The notes below the pieces were generated by a model. It was given only the letters and a program-made list of their open reading frames with translations, had not been told where the DNA came from and did no database searches. Positions 23,302-35,968 of a DNA stretch of 64,000 nt are shown one piece after another; positions within the stretch are counted from its first letter, which is position 1; the number at the start of each line of letters is the position of its first letter. The DNA is from Psilocybe cubensis (lineage: Eukaryota). A program made the translations under genes and the position numbers. The stretch covers positions 3,968,001 to 4,032,000 of the forward strand of contig CM038999.1 of assembly GCA_017499595.2 (NCBI GenBank), read 5' to 3'.

Positions 23302-26300
23302 GCGCGTAGAAGATGTGTATTGTGATAGATGTGAGCTGCTAAAGATGTTGATGATGATGATGATGCAAGTGCAAGTGTTTTGGGTCGTAGTTGTATTTAG
23401 ATATTGTAGATGTCGAGCAGTGTAGTGTGTGGTATCACCAAAGCGATAGACGTAGATATACGCGTGCGTGTGATGAGGCGAGAAGGTGACAGTATCGTTT
23501 TTCAACGGTTCACTGGTTCAATACACAAGAAGGGGTAGACTGAGGAGAAATGATGTGTTAGATGCTTCAAAGTTCCAAGTTCAAGGTTCAAAGTACAAAG
23601 TTCGTATTTCAAAGGGCGAAGTTCAAAGTTCAAAGTCCAAAGGGGAAAAGAGCAAGGGGGAAGAACAATCAGCATCCTATACAGCACAAAAAAAACACAA
23701 ACACAACACACCTTATCGTCTCGTCTCGTTCGTTCGTTCGTTCGTATATGCTCGTACGTTCGTTCGTCGTATGCGTTCGTCGTATGCGTGCAAACACCCT
23801 AACCACGGGACGGGGTAAACCAACAAAAAAACGCGGGGAAGGGGAAGAGAGAAGAAAGGTCTAGAACGATTCGTTAAAAAGATATAAAACACACCCTTCA
23901 ACGAGAAGGTCCCAAACTCGCCCGAACCCTTCAAACCACAAACCACAAGTCCTCTTCGTTTCGGTCCCAAAAAAAAATAGCCTTGGAAAGTTGTAGCAAA
24001 TCCGTATGAAATCCGTATGAAATCTGGATCCGTGTCCAAAAAGCGTGCGAGGGCGAGGGACAAAGCGAGAATGCCAGGGAGAAAGCAAAGACGAGTATGA
24101 AGCCGGTGTGATGTACCCAACCCGAACCTCTCCACAAGTCCGCAAGTCAAAAGTCAAAAATGTGTATATGCCGTCGGGCAGGGAAGCGGGCTCGGCGCGG
24201 CGCGTGGTATTTGAATCCCGTTATGTAGATGGATGTATGATCCAATTTTGACACGTCCCCGTCCCTTGCGAATTCGATCTTTGTGCCGTCGACGCGTATG
24301 TATGCGTGTGTCTTTTCTTCAAGTTGTAATCTGTGATTTGTGATTTGTGGTCTGTGGAAAGATAATGGGAACAAGTGAAGGGAGAGGAGAGGGGAGGGAG
24401 AGGGATAACCCGAACGAACGATCAGAGAATGCACAACAAAGATGAAAAGAACAGATGAAAAGAAAAGATGAAGAATGAAGAAATGAAATATGCAAAAATG
24501 ACCAATGAAAAATTTTCCTCAAATTTGAGAATTTGGGAATTTTGGTTGAAAGTTTGAAAGTTTGTATGATTGAAAGGAAGCGTAGGTGTAAGCAAACGTA
24601 CGCACGTACGTATAACGTAGCGCCACGAACTACACACTGCACACTGCACACTTCAAACTTCACTAGTCACTAGTCACTTCCGAATCTCCCAGAACCTCAA
24701 CGTACAAGCCCGACCCGACTGACAGACCGAACGAATGACAGACCGAAGCAGCACTCACCCCCAAAACCAAAAAACCCAAAACCCAAAACCCAAAATCAGC
24801 CCAAAAACCAACCAAATCTAACCACCACCAAACACGAAGCCGACCAAAACCGACACAAAAATTGAAGAGGAAGACGAAACCCGAGATCACCACGTCCACT
24901 GAATGAAGCTTGATAGCTTGATAGCTTACGCAGGGATGAGATAGGATCCTGATTCCTGAACCAATACCAATCCCGCACGCCGGATGTCTATCACCCTATG
25001 TCACTCCTGAGCACGAGTCCTGGAGTCCTGGACAACCTATCGGTATACAGCTGATGCAGGGAAAGAGAAGGAAAGAGAGGGAGCAGGGAAGAGGCGTACG
25101 GAGCAGATCTCAGAACGGGACGGGGGACGGGGGTGAAAGGGGTGAGCAGACCGAGGTGATGTGGTCAGGTATTACGGGTGATGTAAGGTGAGCCGATGTG
25201 ATGTGAGCCAATGTTAGGTTGGGTTGGGTTGTGTAGGGTGATGTAAGGTGAGGCTAGGTAAGGTTGGATGAGGTGAGGCTAGGTGACGCGATGTCCGAGT
25301 CCGTTTCCGTACGGGCTGGACTTTGTCTCAGAGTTTGAATGGTATGTTATGCGATGTTATGCCGTGTGTTATCTTTCGGTGATGTTATCAGAAACAGAAA
25401 GGAGTCTGCTGCGTCCTCGTCCTCTTCGTGGATATGGATGTGGTGCAGGAGTAAAGAGAGTAAAGAAAGAGCTTATCGGTGAAGCGACAGGAGGCGACCA
25501 GCCAGCCACCCAGCCAACCAACACGATACCCTTCCGCTTTCCGCTTTCCGCGTTCCATTTTGATGATCCACTCTTATGAAAATAGTAACATCGTGTAATG
25601 CACGCGAGAGCAGGCGAGGCTCGGTCATGATGCATGAATATCGAATCATGATGCATTCGGAATACAGTATTGAATGCTTGAGGAGCTGGAGGCTGGAGCC
25701 GCACCGTCACTTCATCCATGAATGCTCAGGCTGATGTAATCTTTACCGTCATCGCTCTTGGTCTGGATGCGGTGCGAGCGCCGGCAAGGCTGGAGAGATA
25801 AGATAAGGACATTCAATGGATTGTTTAGAGGATTGTGCAAAGACTAGAGTATAGGACTGAATTTGCTGTGTTAACCGGCTGTATTGCTTTGTAACTGTGA
25901 TCATGGTCATGGTAGACCTTTGTGACAGCTGTCAGGAGTCAGGCCTTCAAGTTTCAAGCTTCAGGACTCAGTCGAAATTCAAAATTCAAAGTCATTACTG
26001 ATATCGATGATATCCTCTGACATAACCATTATCGATGACTCTCCATTTGTCTTCTTACCAAACCTCTTTCTTCGTAGTTAGAAAACGAGATTTTGATGGA
26101 CTTTGATGAATAAAATAAACCACTTCAAACACCGCTATTAGACCTTGTACAAAATAGGAAAAAGGAGAAACACCGCTCGGACCCACAACCTGCCCTTGCT
26201 CTTATGGCAAACAACAACAACAACACACCTCTAAAAAAAAAGTAAGTGGACCAAACCACCACGAACAATCCCAAAATGCTACTATTGTCATCACTTTTCC

Positions 26301-26750
26301 CTCCGCACCGAACGGGCTAAACTTATTGTACTCATTAAATACGTCAAGGACCAAGTAGGACCAAGTGGACCAAGTTCAACTTCACCATTCTCACAAAGCA
26401 AAGCAAAGCAGAGCAGAGCAGAATTATTATTACTAGTAACAACCATTAATTCAAACCACGCACAGGGCCCTCGCCACTCCGAGCCAATGCAATTCAATGT
26501 ACAACTTGAAATTGAATATATTGAATATACATGTATCGCTGAGCCGCCGCTGAGCAGGTGTCCTCGTCAACTTTATCTTTTTATCTTGTACAACAACACC
26601 ATCTTCACATCAGGACTCGTACTCAGTACTCGAGCTCAGACTCAGACTCTGACTCAGAATTCAGGAATCCACAAACCCAGAAACCCAGAAACCCTGAAAT
26701 CCAGAAATCCAGAAATCCATCATCCGACTCAACACAACAACAAGGAAAGA

Positions 26751-28634
26751 ATGCCAGAACAACACCCGGAGCCCTCACCCAAACCCACCCCCAACCCCAC
26801 CCCTGCCCCCAAACGAAAACCCAAACCCAACCCACACATCAACCCCGACCCACCCCCGCACCTGCGCAGGTACCAAACCAGGCTGCAACACCACCGCGCG
26901 ACGCACTTTCCCAAGGCGTATCCTATTACGTTGAGGTATCGGCCTTATCCTTATCCTTATCCAGCTTTACGAGTGCAGGAGGAGGAGCAAAAGGGAAAAG
27001 GAAAGGGCAAGGAGAAGGATCGACAAGAGCAGCTAAGACAAAGAAGACGAAAAAGAGGAGATGAAGAGGGAGAAGGAGAAGGAGAATACGCAGAGATCCA
27101 AGCGATGCACTTCCCCGTACCAGGCATATCCATCGCATTTTCCGACGGGGAGTACGACGAGTCTTCGTTCACCTGCGCGCCTCCTCCCCGCTCGCTCTAC
27201 GCCAGCATTTACTCGCCCACACGCACACCACGCACAATAAACCCACCACAACACACAACAAACCCACCACAGCGCACAACAAACCCACCACAACGCACAA
27301 TAAACCCAACACACACCCTCCGCCTCGCACACTCAACCGCCGCGAAGCCGCGGCTGGACTACCGCGCCAAATACGGGGATGGCGCGGTGATATACCCCAA
27401 CACGCTCTGGTCTGCGTATGATGCTGTGAAAGATGTAGCGTCGTTCACTGCGCTGCTTGGGCCTGGGCCTGGGCCTGCGGGTGCGGGACACGCTTCCTCT
27501 ATCAACTCCACCTCCTCCTCCGCCGACGACGACGCCGACAACGCCAACGCCAACGCCATCGCCGACCCACCGCGCATCGTCGGCTGGAGCGGCGAGCGCC
27601 TCCGCGAAGGCGACATCAGCTGCTGGGCCTTCCAGCGCGTCGTATGCGGGCCGCCGCCGCCTCCATGCGCATACGCCGCGCCGCCCGCCATTCCACTGCC
27701 CATTGCCACACGTATGCCAGAAAATGGGGGTGCAGGTGCGGGCGCGGACTATGTCCGACGCGGATGTCCACCTGCAATTCCACCTGTTGATGTACCCCCG
27801 TATCTGTATCCATATCTACACCCACATCCACATCCATATCCATACGCACATCCACACACAGTGCAACCGCATACACCTACCGCCCCATCCCAAGCACCAC
27901 CCCCAGCCCAAGCCCGCACCCCCCCAGCCGAATGCACCACCTACACAACCTACCTGCACACCCGCACTCAAGCCGACCCATACACGCGCACAACCCGCCT
28001 ATCCGACGCGCAGCTCACCACAATCGACGACTTCCTCGCGCTCGCGCTGCCGGGTGGGCTGGAGCCGCGCTGGGGATGGAGCGGGTATCCGAATGCGCGG
28101 GTGTCTGATCGTGCGCATGTGGTGGTTACGGCGCCTGTGCCTTTGTGTCCGGTGGTGGATGGGGGTGAGGGTGGGGGTGGGGAGGGAGGGGGGGAGGGAG
28201 AGGGGGGGAGGAGGAGGTATGTCACGTTTGACGAGATGGTTGCGGAGGAAGCTGAGAGGCTGAAGAAGAAGGCCGCTCAAGAGCGGGCGGAGGAGAAAGC
28301 GAGAGAGAGGGAGAGAAAGATCGCGCGGAATGGCAAGGGAAAGGGTAAAAACAAAGGAAAAGGCAAAGCGAGAGCAAGAGCGGAGGAAGACGACGGAGAC
28401 GCGGACAGGGACGGGGACGGGGAGAGCGGGGAGAGCGAACAACTGACGAAGAACAAAGTCTGCGACCACCCCACGGACCCAGAAGACATACCGTACCAGC
28501 GCATTCCCTCGCAGAGCGCGAAAGATATAGCTGCGGTGCTTGTGCTGGGCCTGTACGTCCCGCCCGACGAGCTGCGCGAGGCGTTGTTCAAGTTGGAGGA
28601 TATGGCGTGGAGAGGGCATAAAACTCCGTCATGA
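26751..28634 (+). CDS. Low-complexity protein, probable paralogue of the disrupted gene (possibly phosphatase-fold derived)
   Basis: Single long ORF, likely ATG at 26751; conserved islands AMHFPVPGISIAFSD, TTRLSDAQLTTIDDFLALALP, HVVVTAP, DIAAVLVLGLY and AWRG. Confidence 0.7.
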   Translation: MPEQHPEPSPKPTPNPTPAPKRKPKPNPHINPDPPPHLRRYQTRLQHHRATHFPKAYPITLRYRPYPYPYPALRVQEEEQKGKGKGKEKDRQEQLRQRRRKRGDEEGEGEGEYAEIQAMHFPVPGISIAFSDGEYDESSFTCAPPPRSLYASIYSPTRTPRTINPPQHTTNPPQRTTNPPQRTINPTHTLRLAHSTAAKPRLDYRAKYGDGAVIYPNTLWSAYDAVKDVASFTALLGPGPGPAGAGHASSINSTSSSADDDADNANANAIADPPRIVGWSGERLREGDISCWAFQRVVCGPPPPPCAYAAPPAIPLPIATRMPENGGAGAGADYVRRGCPPAIPPVDVPPYLYPYLHPHPHPYPYAHPHTVQPHTPTAPSQAPPPAQARTPPAECTTYTTYLHTRTQADPYTRTTRLSDAQLTTIDDFLALALPGGLEPRWGWSGYPNARVSDRAHVVVTAPVPLCPVVDGGEGGGGEGGGEGEGGRRRYVTFDEMVAEEAERLKKKAAQERAEEKARERERKIARNGKGKGKNKGKGKARARAEEDDGDADRDGDGESGESEQLTKNKVCDHPTDPEDIPYQRIPSQSAKDIAAVLVLGLYVPPDELREALFKLEDMAWRGHKTPS

Positions 28635-28959
28635 AACAGTCAGGTAGATTATTACAGTCGTTTTCGTTTTCGTTTTCGTTTTTTGCATAAATCTGAGAAT
28701 CGAGAAGCTCCTCGAATCGTCTCCGTGAATAAACATCCCAGGTACTTTACAAAAGAGAATGATAGGTATGTTTTGGACGCAGTTAATCCGCCAGTGCAGA
28801 TCTCGAGGTATCAGAATAGATGAACAAGATGTATATTCGAGCTGGTGTCTCGACGAACTTCTGCCAAAATTGGTTCTGCACCAGGCATACTGGTCCTGCT
28901 CAATCGCGACGAGTTGATTGTGGCCTGGACACCAATACGTCCGCTATCGATCGTTAAAG

Positions 28960-29028
28960 CTTGAACCTTGAACCTTGAACCTTGAACCTTGAACCTTGAA
29001 CCTTGAACCTTGAACCTTGAACCTTGAA
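28960..29028. repeat. Heptanucleotide tandem repeat (TTGAACC)9+
   Basis: Nine perfect units plus a partial unit. Confidence 0.95.
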
Positions 29029-32000
29029 GCGTGAAGTCCGAACATCAAATACACGCAAGCCTCCTAAAATAGTCCAAAACACACGAATCCGGGTGCACGA
29101 ACTTGCCCATCCACTTTACATTGCTCGCGAGGGAAAAGGGAAATGGGAAATGGTCGAAATGGTGTGCCATGCCATCAGAAATTTAGAATAGCCAGCCAGC
29201 CAGAAAGCCAGAAAGCCAGAAAGCCAGAAAGCCAGAAAGCCAGACATACAACCAGAAAGAAACAAGCAGAAACCCCCAGGACATCCATGCCGTTCAAAAT
29301 GAGGTTGACTTCATTGCCCATATACACTCGACTCGACTCCCAAATGGCACCCATCCAACGGCACGGCGGAGTTTCATGACAGCACAGCACATCGATAAAT
29401 ACATTGAGTGAATGATGGAGGAAAGAAGTCAGCATGCCCTGACCCATCCCAAAAATCCTAGGTACGCATCGAGTGTTATGTTTAGTACGTGCCGCATGAC
29501 GGCGTGCGAAGGATTGGTATTTTTCTTATCGTCGAAGATCTGACAGTAGTTTGAAACTAAGAAAGTAACCATGGTTGTCCACTCTGCCGTCCAGCGTCGA
29601 ACGTCCAACGTCCAACGTGAACGTGGACGTGAGAAGTGAAGGTGGACACGAAAGTTAACCTAACCGTGTGGCCCGGGTTTCCAAAGCTCTGAACATATGT
29701 CAATGTCCCTCAGTCCCTGAGAATCAGATACATAGGAAAAGGAGGGTTTCCAGTATGAGAAAACATGTACTTAACAAGAATAAGAGCAAGACCAAGAAAG
29801 ATAGATGGATTACCGGTTACCGGTCAGCGTCCGGTTGTTGGTGGCAAGGAGCTTTCGGAGAGGTAGGAGTGACTGATTTCAGCTTCTGTGCGCCACTGCT
29901 ACTTCAGTGGGCTTGAAAACATCGTCAACTTCAAGCGGAGACTCAAAATATTTGACGGTCACTTTGTACACGTGATCGCGCGACGCGACGCGACGCGCCG
30001 AACGCGACGTCGCCTCGCGATTGGTGATTTGCGTCGATTCATATATAGTAGAGATTGTACTCAGAGTTGACAATACACATCAAACGAGCGGGGACAATGA
30101 TGGTAGATGTATATAGGACATGGGATAATATTAATAGACACATCGTCTGTTTTCCCTATCATGATAGATATTCCATTTGATTGAGTAGGATAAGGATGGA
30201 TGCTGTAGCTGTAGATGCTTCGAGGTTGCTAGTAAAGCTTAAGCTTGAATCTTGAAGCTCGAAGGTCACTTTAGAGAGCTCTGAGGTACCAGAATAGATA
30301 ACTAAGATACTGGTGAATGGTCACCCGGGCACTTAGCGTGTGTTGGTCTGCTGAGCTGCAACAGGTCTACAGGTCAACAGGTCTACAGAGGGAGAGGGCG
30401 TTGGGATATGACACTTTGCCAATGCAAAAACATTGCTCTCCGTTTTCCGTAAATCATCCAAGAGCGCGCATCTGGGTAGAGAGGATCGGTAGCGGTCTGA
30501 CGCTCTGCAGGCCAATACGTCCATCATACATTATCCATGGTCAAATCACCGTAGAATCGAATACATGAGAAGCTCCCGAAATAATCTCAACACAAGCACA
30601 AGAACAAGAGCGCAGGTGGATCTATGCGTCCACTTAGCAGTGCGAGGGAAGGAAAGGGGAAACGATACCATGTATGCCCGCCCGTAGAAGTACAATTCGT
30701 ACGTTACAACAGACAACCAGACACACACAGAGAGAGAGAGAGAGAGAAACACCAGGAAGCACATGCCCACTACCGCTCAACTTGATCTTGGAGTTCGAGT
30801 CCCATCCCATGTGTCTATGTAGTAGTAAGAAACAAGAAATTGTACACGATTCGCCATTCACCAATCACCGATCACCAGTCACCGGTCACCGGTCCCCTCT
30901 CGTATGGCAGCCAGCCAACGCCAACGGCGGAAATTCACGACAGCACACAGACAAAGACACAGACACAGACACAGAAAAAGGCACAGACACAGATCGCTAT
31001 TTTGAATGATGGAATCCAGCGTGCATGCGGGCGTGCGGGCCTGACATCCAAATTAACATTCCACAGTCCCAGAATTCGAATTCGGATTCGGATTCCATTT
31101 CGTCGAGGTACGCGTCGAGTGTTTATGTTTATGTTTAGTATTACTATTAGTAAGTAAATGACAACGTGCGAACTTAAACCAATCGCATCTTTCTCAAGTA
31201 TCGTTGTCGTAGATCTGCCAATTAAAAGACAAAGACAGAACCTGGTTGACCACTGACCACTGTACAGCCCGCGCATCCAACGCGAACGACCAAAGTCCGA
31301 GTCCAAGAGTCCAAGTCCAAGTCCAAGTCCAAGTCCGAGACCGAGTCACTTAGATACGAAAGTTAGCCTATTTCTGCATCTGTGATTTCAGAATCAAAAG
31401 CCGTCGTGGACGTGTGCCCCTGAGATGTAAAGCAAAAAGGGTTTCCACGTTTCCCTGTAACTTTAAGTATTACTATGAGAGACGTATAAACATGACAACG
31501 GTAGAAGGGTTACTGGTTGGTGCACATGGGTGGCGAGGAGCTCAGTGAGAGGACAGGTCCAGGACTAAATTTCAATCTCAGCTTCAACCGGGTGTGGGCG
31601 TGGGAGGATGTTTTCAAGCGGAGAGTCGAAAAAACGATCACACATTACACGTGATCAGCGCGATGCGACGCGTTCAGTGATTCGCGGTGATTCAACGTAC
31701 GTGGTAATTGCACTCCAAGCTGACAGTATGTAGGCATCACCAACTAGCGGGACCGATGATCCGACTCGCACACGTACGATACCAAGTTAATCTTTAGTCC
31801 TGACGATATAATACTATAGGTATCGTACATCGTATCATTATAGAATAGAATGGAACGTACACGATAAACAAAGTTCTTTCTACATTGTGTGAACATTAAT
31901 ATTTGTTAGTTGTGTATGATCAAAACATACATTATAGAATATTCTTTAATTCTCAAGAAATGTCGGCTGCTGCCTTAGATATGTCTTGTAACAGTACTCC

Positions 32001-33987
32001 TTGTTTATCAGTTGAGTCGTAAACTCCGGGACGTGTCAATCAGATACCAAAGTACTCCTGGAAGTTAGGTACGTAACTGAAGTATAAGGAAAGCAGTTTT
32101 ATCTGTTACAACTCACCGCCATAGACATGGTACCCACCTCGGTCGTCCGAAAAGTATGCATATCAGAAGTGACTTTGTATCTCTCCTCAGAAGCTTACTC
32201 CCTTTCATCCTGTTAAAATACATTGAATGGCTACATGATACATGATACATGATACACTATCGTCTCTACATTCGAAACCAAGGCAATTTAGTCCAGACCC
32301 TAAGTAAAAAAATACAAAATTCGGAATCGGATTCTATGAATTAGATAGCCAGCTCTGTAGATGTGAATGTGAAAAGACAGCCTGACCCACCTGTAAATCG
32401 TGACTGATGGGAAGCCGACACAGCGTGGCATCGACCGACGAGTAAGGTACGGCGGCCGCACGCATTGACATGCTGTCCGATTCCCATGCAGCACAAATCT
32501 TGTTCGGCGCCGCCCTTCTATACCATACAATTTCGTATGTTTATTTTGCTGATGAATGATGTATTTCTTTATCAGGCCTGCTCTACAAAGCGTAAAGTCG
32601 GATACTGGTGTTTTTATTTCGTCCGGCTGTTTGCTGATGCCTATTGCCTGAACCGCACAACCGCCGCGCCGTCTATCCCGATAGCATGTCAGTATCCAAG
32701 TTATCCGACGAGACTCTGACTCTGGCTCTGCTGAGGACATTACTCCGATTAAGGTTGAAGATTTTAAATACAGGAGGAACGTACTGAGCGGTTTATAGAA
32801 TCTCCAGAGTATAGGCATCGTTTAGACCATATCTGTTGATGGTCAGTGTGCCGGCCTGATATCTTAACCTTGAGCTTGAACTCTTGACGTCATCATCATC
32901 AGAATATCGATTACGTTGATCATCGCAGTTTCTGCCTAATCGTTCCTCCTTACAAACGGTAAGTTTCCCACCTGGATGTGCGATGAATGTCAGATTTGAT
33001 CTTCTCATGCTATACGGGGAGCGGAACCCGGGATAAGAGGCACGCCGAGTAAACTGACGAAGAGCTTGTAGGTATATTGAGAGCCGAAAGTACACTTGGA
33101 AGTAGCCACCGCTCAAGGGCGCATAACCGCTCAACGAACATTTGCGTCGAAAATAAGATCCAGCAAAAGAGAACACAGAATCTAATAAACACAGAATGTA
33201 TTCTCATATATAGATAGTCCGTCGAGCATTTGGCTACAGTACAAGCGCATACAGGTCTCGATTCTCTACAAAGTCGAAATTTGTCATCCACATTTCGTAG
33301 AGATGGTGCGATACACGTGTGCTGCTATGAAACATAAAGATGGAAGCTTGACGGTGGACGGGGGGACCGAAGAATTGCCCATTAGTCCACAAACTGAAAT
33401 TCTCTCCCACTAAATGAGACTTGCCGAGAAATGTCCACAGTGGACTCAGCGAGGGAACTGAATTCAAGTTTACTAACGGGTTACTACGTTCTACGATGAG
33501 TAGCAATTGCCGTCTCCTTGAGTGCGCTTTTTTTAAGCCTTCAGAAAATTTATATGCGAAAGAACTCATGGTAGCACAAGACGCTGTTTTTGGAACTAGA
33601 GGGAGGCTTCAGTTCATACCGTCTCCATATCTAGGGTTGATTTTATCGGAATTTTTAACCTACGATTTTGATGGAACTATATTTAGAACATGTATTCCTC
33701 ATGGTTGCACCTTCGCATGTCATTCCTCGATAAAACTGAAGTTTGCAGACAATTTTCATGTTTAAGACAGGTACAAAGTTCGCGACAGGTAAGATCTGCC
33801 GCTCTGTCTAGCCGACGATGCCGTACCTTGCAGGGATTCCAACAGACACTTCTTTGCAATTATGGTTTGTAGGAGGTACCCCATTCCACGGTCACACACC
33901 ACCCGAGATGTTCCTTATATTTGTAGCATAGAAGATTGAAAAAAATCTTCACCCTGTTCCTCCATCGCTGTGTCCAACATTTCAATC

Positions 33988-35968
33988 ATGGACAAGGTCT
34001 CCTCCCGAACTTCTGGTGATCCCGAGAAAGTACAAGACCGCAGTAGCGTCAGCAGTGGATCTCCTGTAACCGCCAGGGATGTTGACCCAGCTTTAGAGAA
34101 GAGGATTTGGCGAAAGATGGATCTTTATATTCTCCCGGTTGTGACACTGTTTTATCTGCTGTCGTTCTTGGTGAGCGGTTTACGGCCTCCCCGCACTCCG
34201 ATGGGCGTTTACCTAACTGCAAATACAGGATCGATCCAATATCGGAAATGCACGAGTCGCTGGTCTGCAATCAAACCTCAAGATGACGAACAAGCAGTAC
34301 AGCATTGCCTTGACTGTAACCTACGTTCCCTATATCGCTGCTGAGCTTCCATCCAACTTGCTGCTCAAGGTACGTGCGACCTAATTGTATACATGGCTAG
34401 TAAAACTCATTCAGAAACTCTAAAGGCTGTCGGTCCCAATCTTATGTTACCCACCATGTTGACTCTCTGGGGTATCGTCACTACTCTGCAGGGTCAGTGT
34501 TTTGTTAATTGTCGACCCGTTCAAAGAAACTAAATAATTTATCAGGCGTGGTGAAGTCATACCATGGACTACTTGCTTGCCGTTTCTTCCTGGGCCTATT
34601 CGAAGGTACAATCTATCACTACCAACTTAATCCGTAAATTGACCCTGACTTGACGTTGACGTTAGGTGGTGTGTTCCCCGGATTAGTTCTATATTTATCC
34701 TTTTTCTATCCACGACAAAAGCTTCAGTGGAGGTTAGTTACGATATTGTTCAGCATATTTCACTTTTGATGAGTTCTTCTGCTCCACAACAGGGTGTCTG
34801 CCTTCTTCTCTGCAGCTTCTATTTCGGGAGCCTTCTCTGGCTTACTAGCCTTCGGCATTATTAATATGAAGGGCGTCGGTGGACGTCCAGGCTGGGCATG
34901 GATTTTCATTCTGGAGGGCCTCTTCACCGTCGTCTTTGGGGTGTTGTCCTACTTCCTCCTACCAAGATCTCCCGCCCATGCCCGTTTCCTCAGCTCCGAC
35001 GAGAAAGACTATGTCGTTGCTGCGCTCAAACGAGACGGTGCTACCGGCAAGAACGACACCGTTGACAGCTTCAGCTGGAGGGAAGTTGGCGAGGCTTTCA
35101 AATTGCCGCAAGTATGGATGCTTGCTGTGATGTTCTTCTTCGATGGTACGGACAACTTTGTTTCAACAGAGGACAGTAATCTAAGCTAACTTATTTGATC
35201 CAGGGACCATTCTATATGGACTGGCCTAGTACGTCCATCAGTCGCGCTATACCTTCTCTGTCTGACTATATTCTCTTTAGCTTCACACCGTCAATTGTGC
35301 AGAGTCTTGGCTACACGGCATCCAGGGCTCAACTGATGAGCGTACCGCCTTTTGCGACTGCGTTTGTCGGTAAGGCTCATTATTATTCCTGATTTTAAGC
35401 AATTCTCACCGTAGTTTCTAGTCTCCATGGCTGGTGCCTTTATATCTGACCGCTACCGATGCCGTGGTCTCGTTACCATCTTTGCTTCAGTTCTTGCAGT
35501 GATTGGATTTGCAATGTTCCTAAGTACGTCCTCAATATCGCTCTAACCCTTACGCACGATATTTATCCTTTTCTAGAATCGACCAAGCACAAGATTCAAT
35601 ACGCATCTTTATTCTTCTCCATCACTGGAACGTATCTTGCTGCACCTAGTCTCTCAACCTGGAGTGCCAACAACGCTGCCCCATACACCCGCAGAGCAAC
35701 GGCCATAGCCATCGGCTTCATTATGACAAACTCTGGTGGTATTCTTGCAACATGGCTACTTGGATCGCTGTCCCCCGCGCCGCACTATACCCTTGCCACA
35801 CGGGTTCTTCTTTCCTTCGCCGTCATCATGGGGGTCCTCGCTGGTCTTAATACGTGGTACCTGTGGGATCAAAACAAAAAGAAGGAGGTTATTCGGTCTT
35901 CTTCTACCATTGACCAGGAGAAACCTGGTCTTGGAGATCGCTCTGCATGGTTTGTTTACGCTCTTTAG
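33988..35968 (+). CDS. MFS transporter, anion:cation symporter (Dal5/allantoate-permease-like)
   Basis: RIWRKMDLYILP, DRSNIGNARVAGL, ELPSNLLLK, SGAFSGLLAFGI, GWAWIFILEG, AQLMSVPPFA, WSANN..RRATAIA; many short introns. Confidence 0.93.

Noticed and set aside
28960-29028. Possible telomeric repeat
   Set aside because: The unit TTGAACC is not TTAGGG-like, and it is interstitial in a slippage-rich region.
32300-33800. Intron-like signals and short ORFs
   Set aside because: Could not assemble a coherent gene; possibly a decayed remnant or non-coding transcript.
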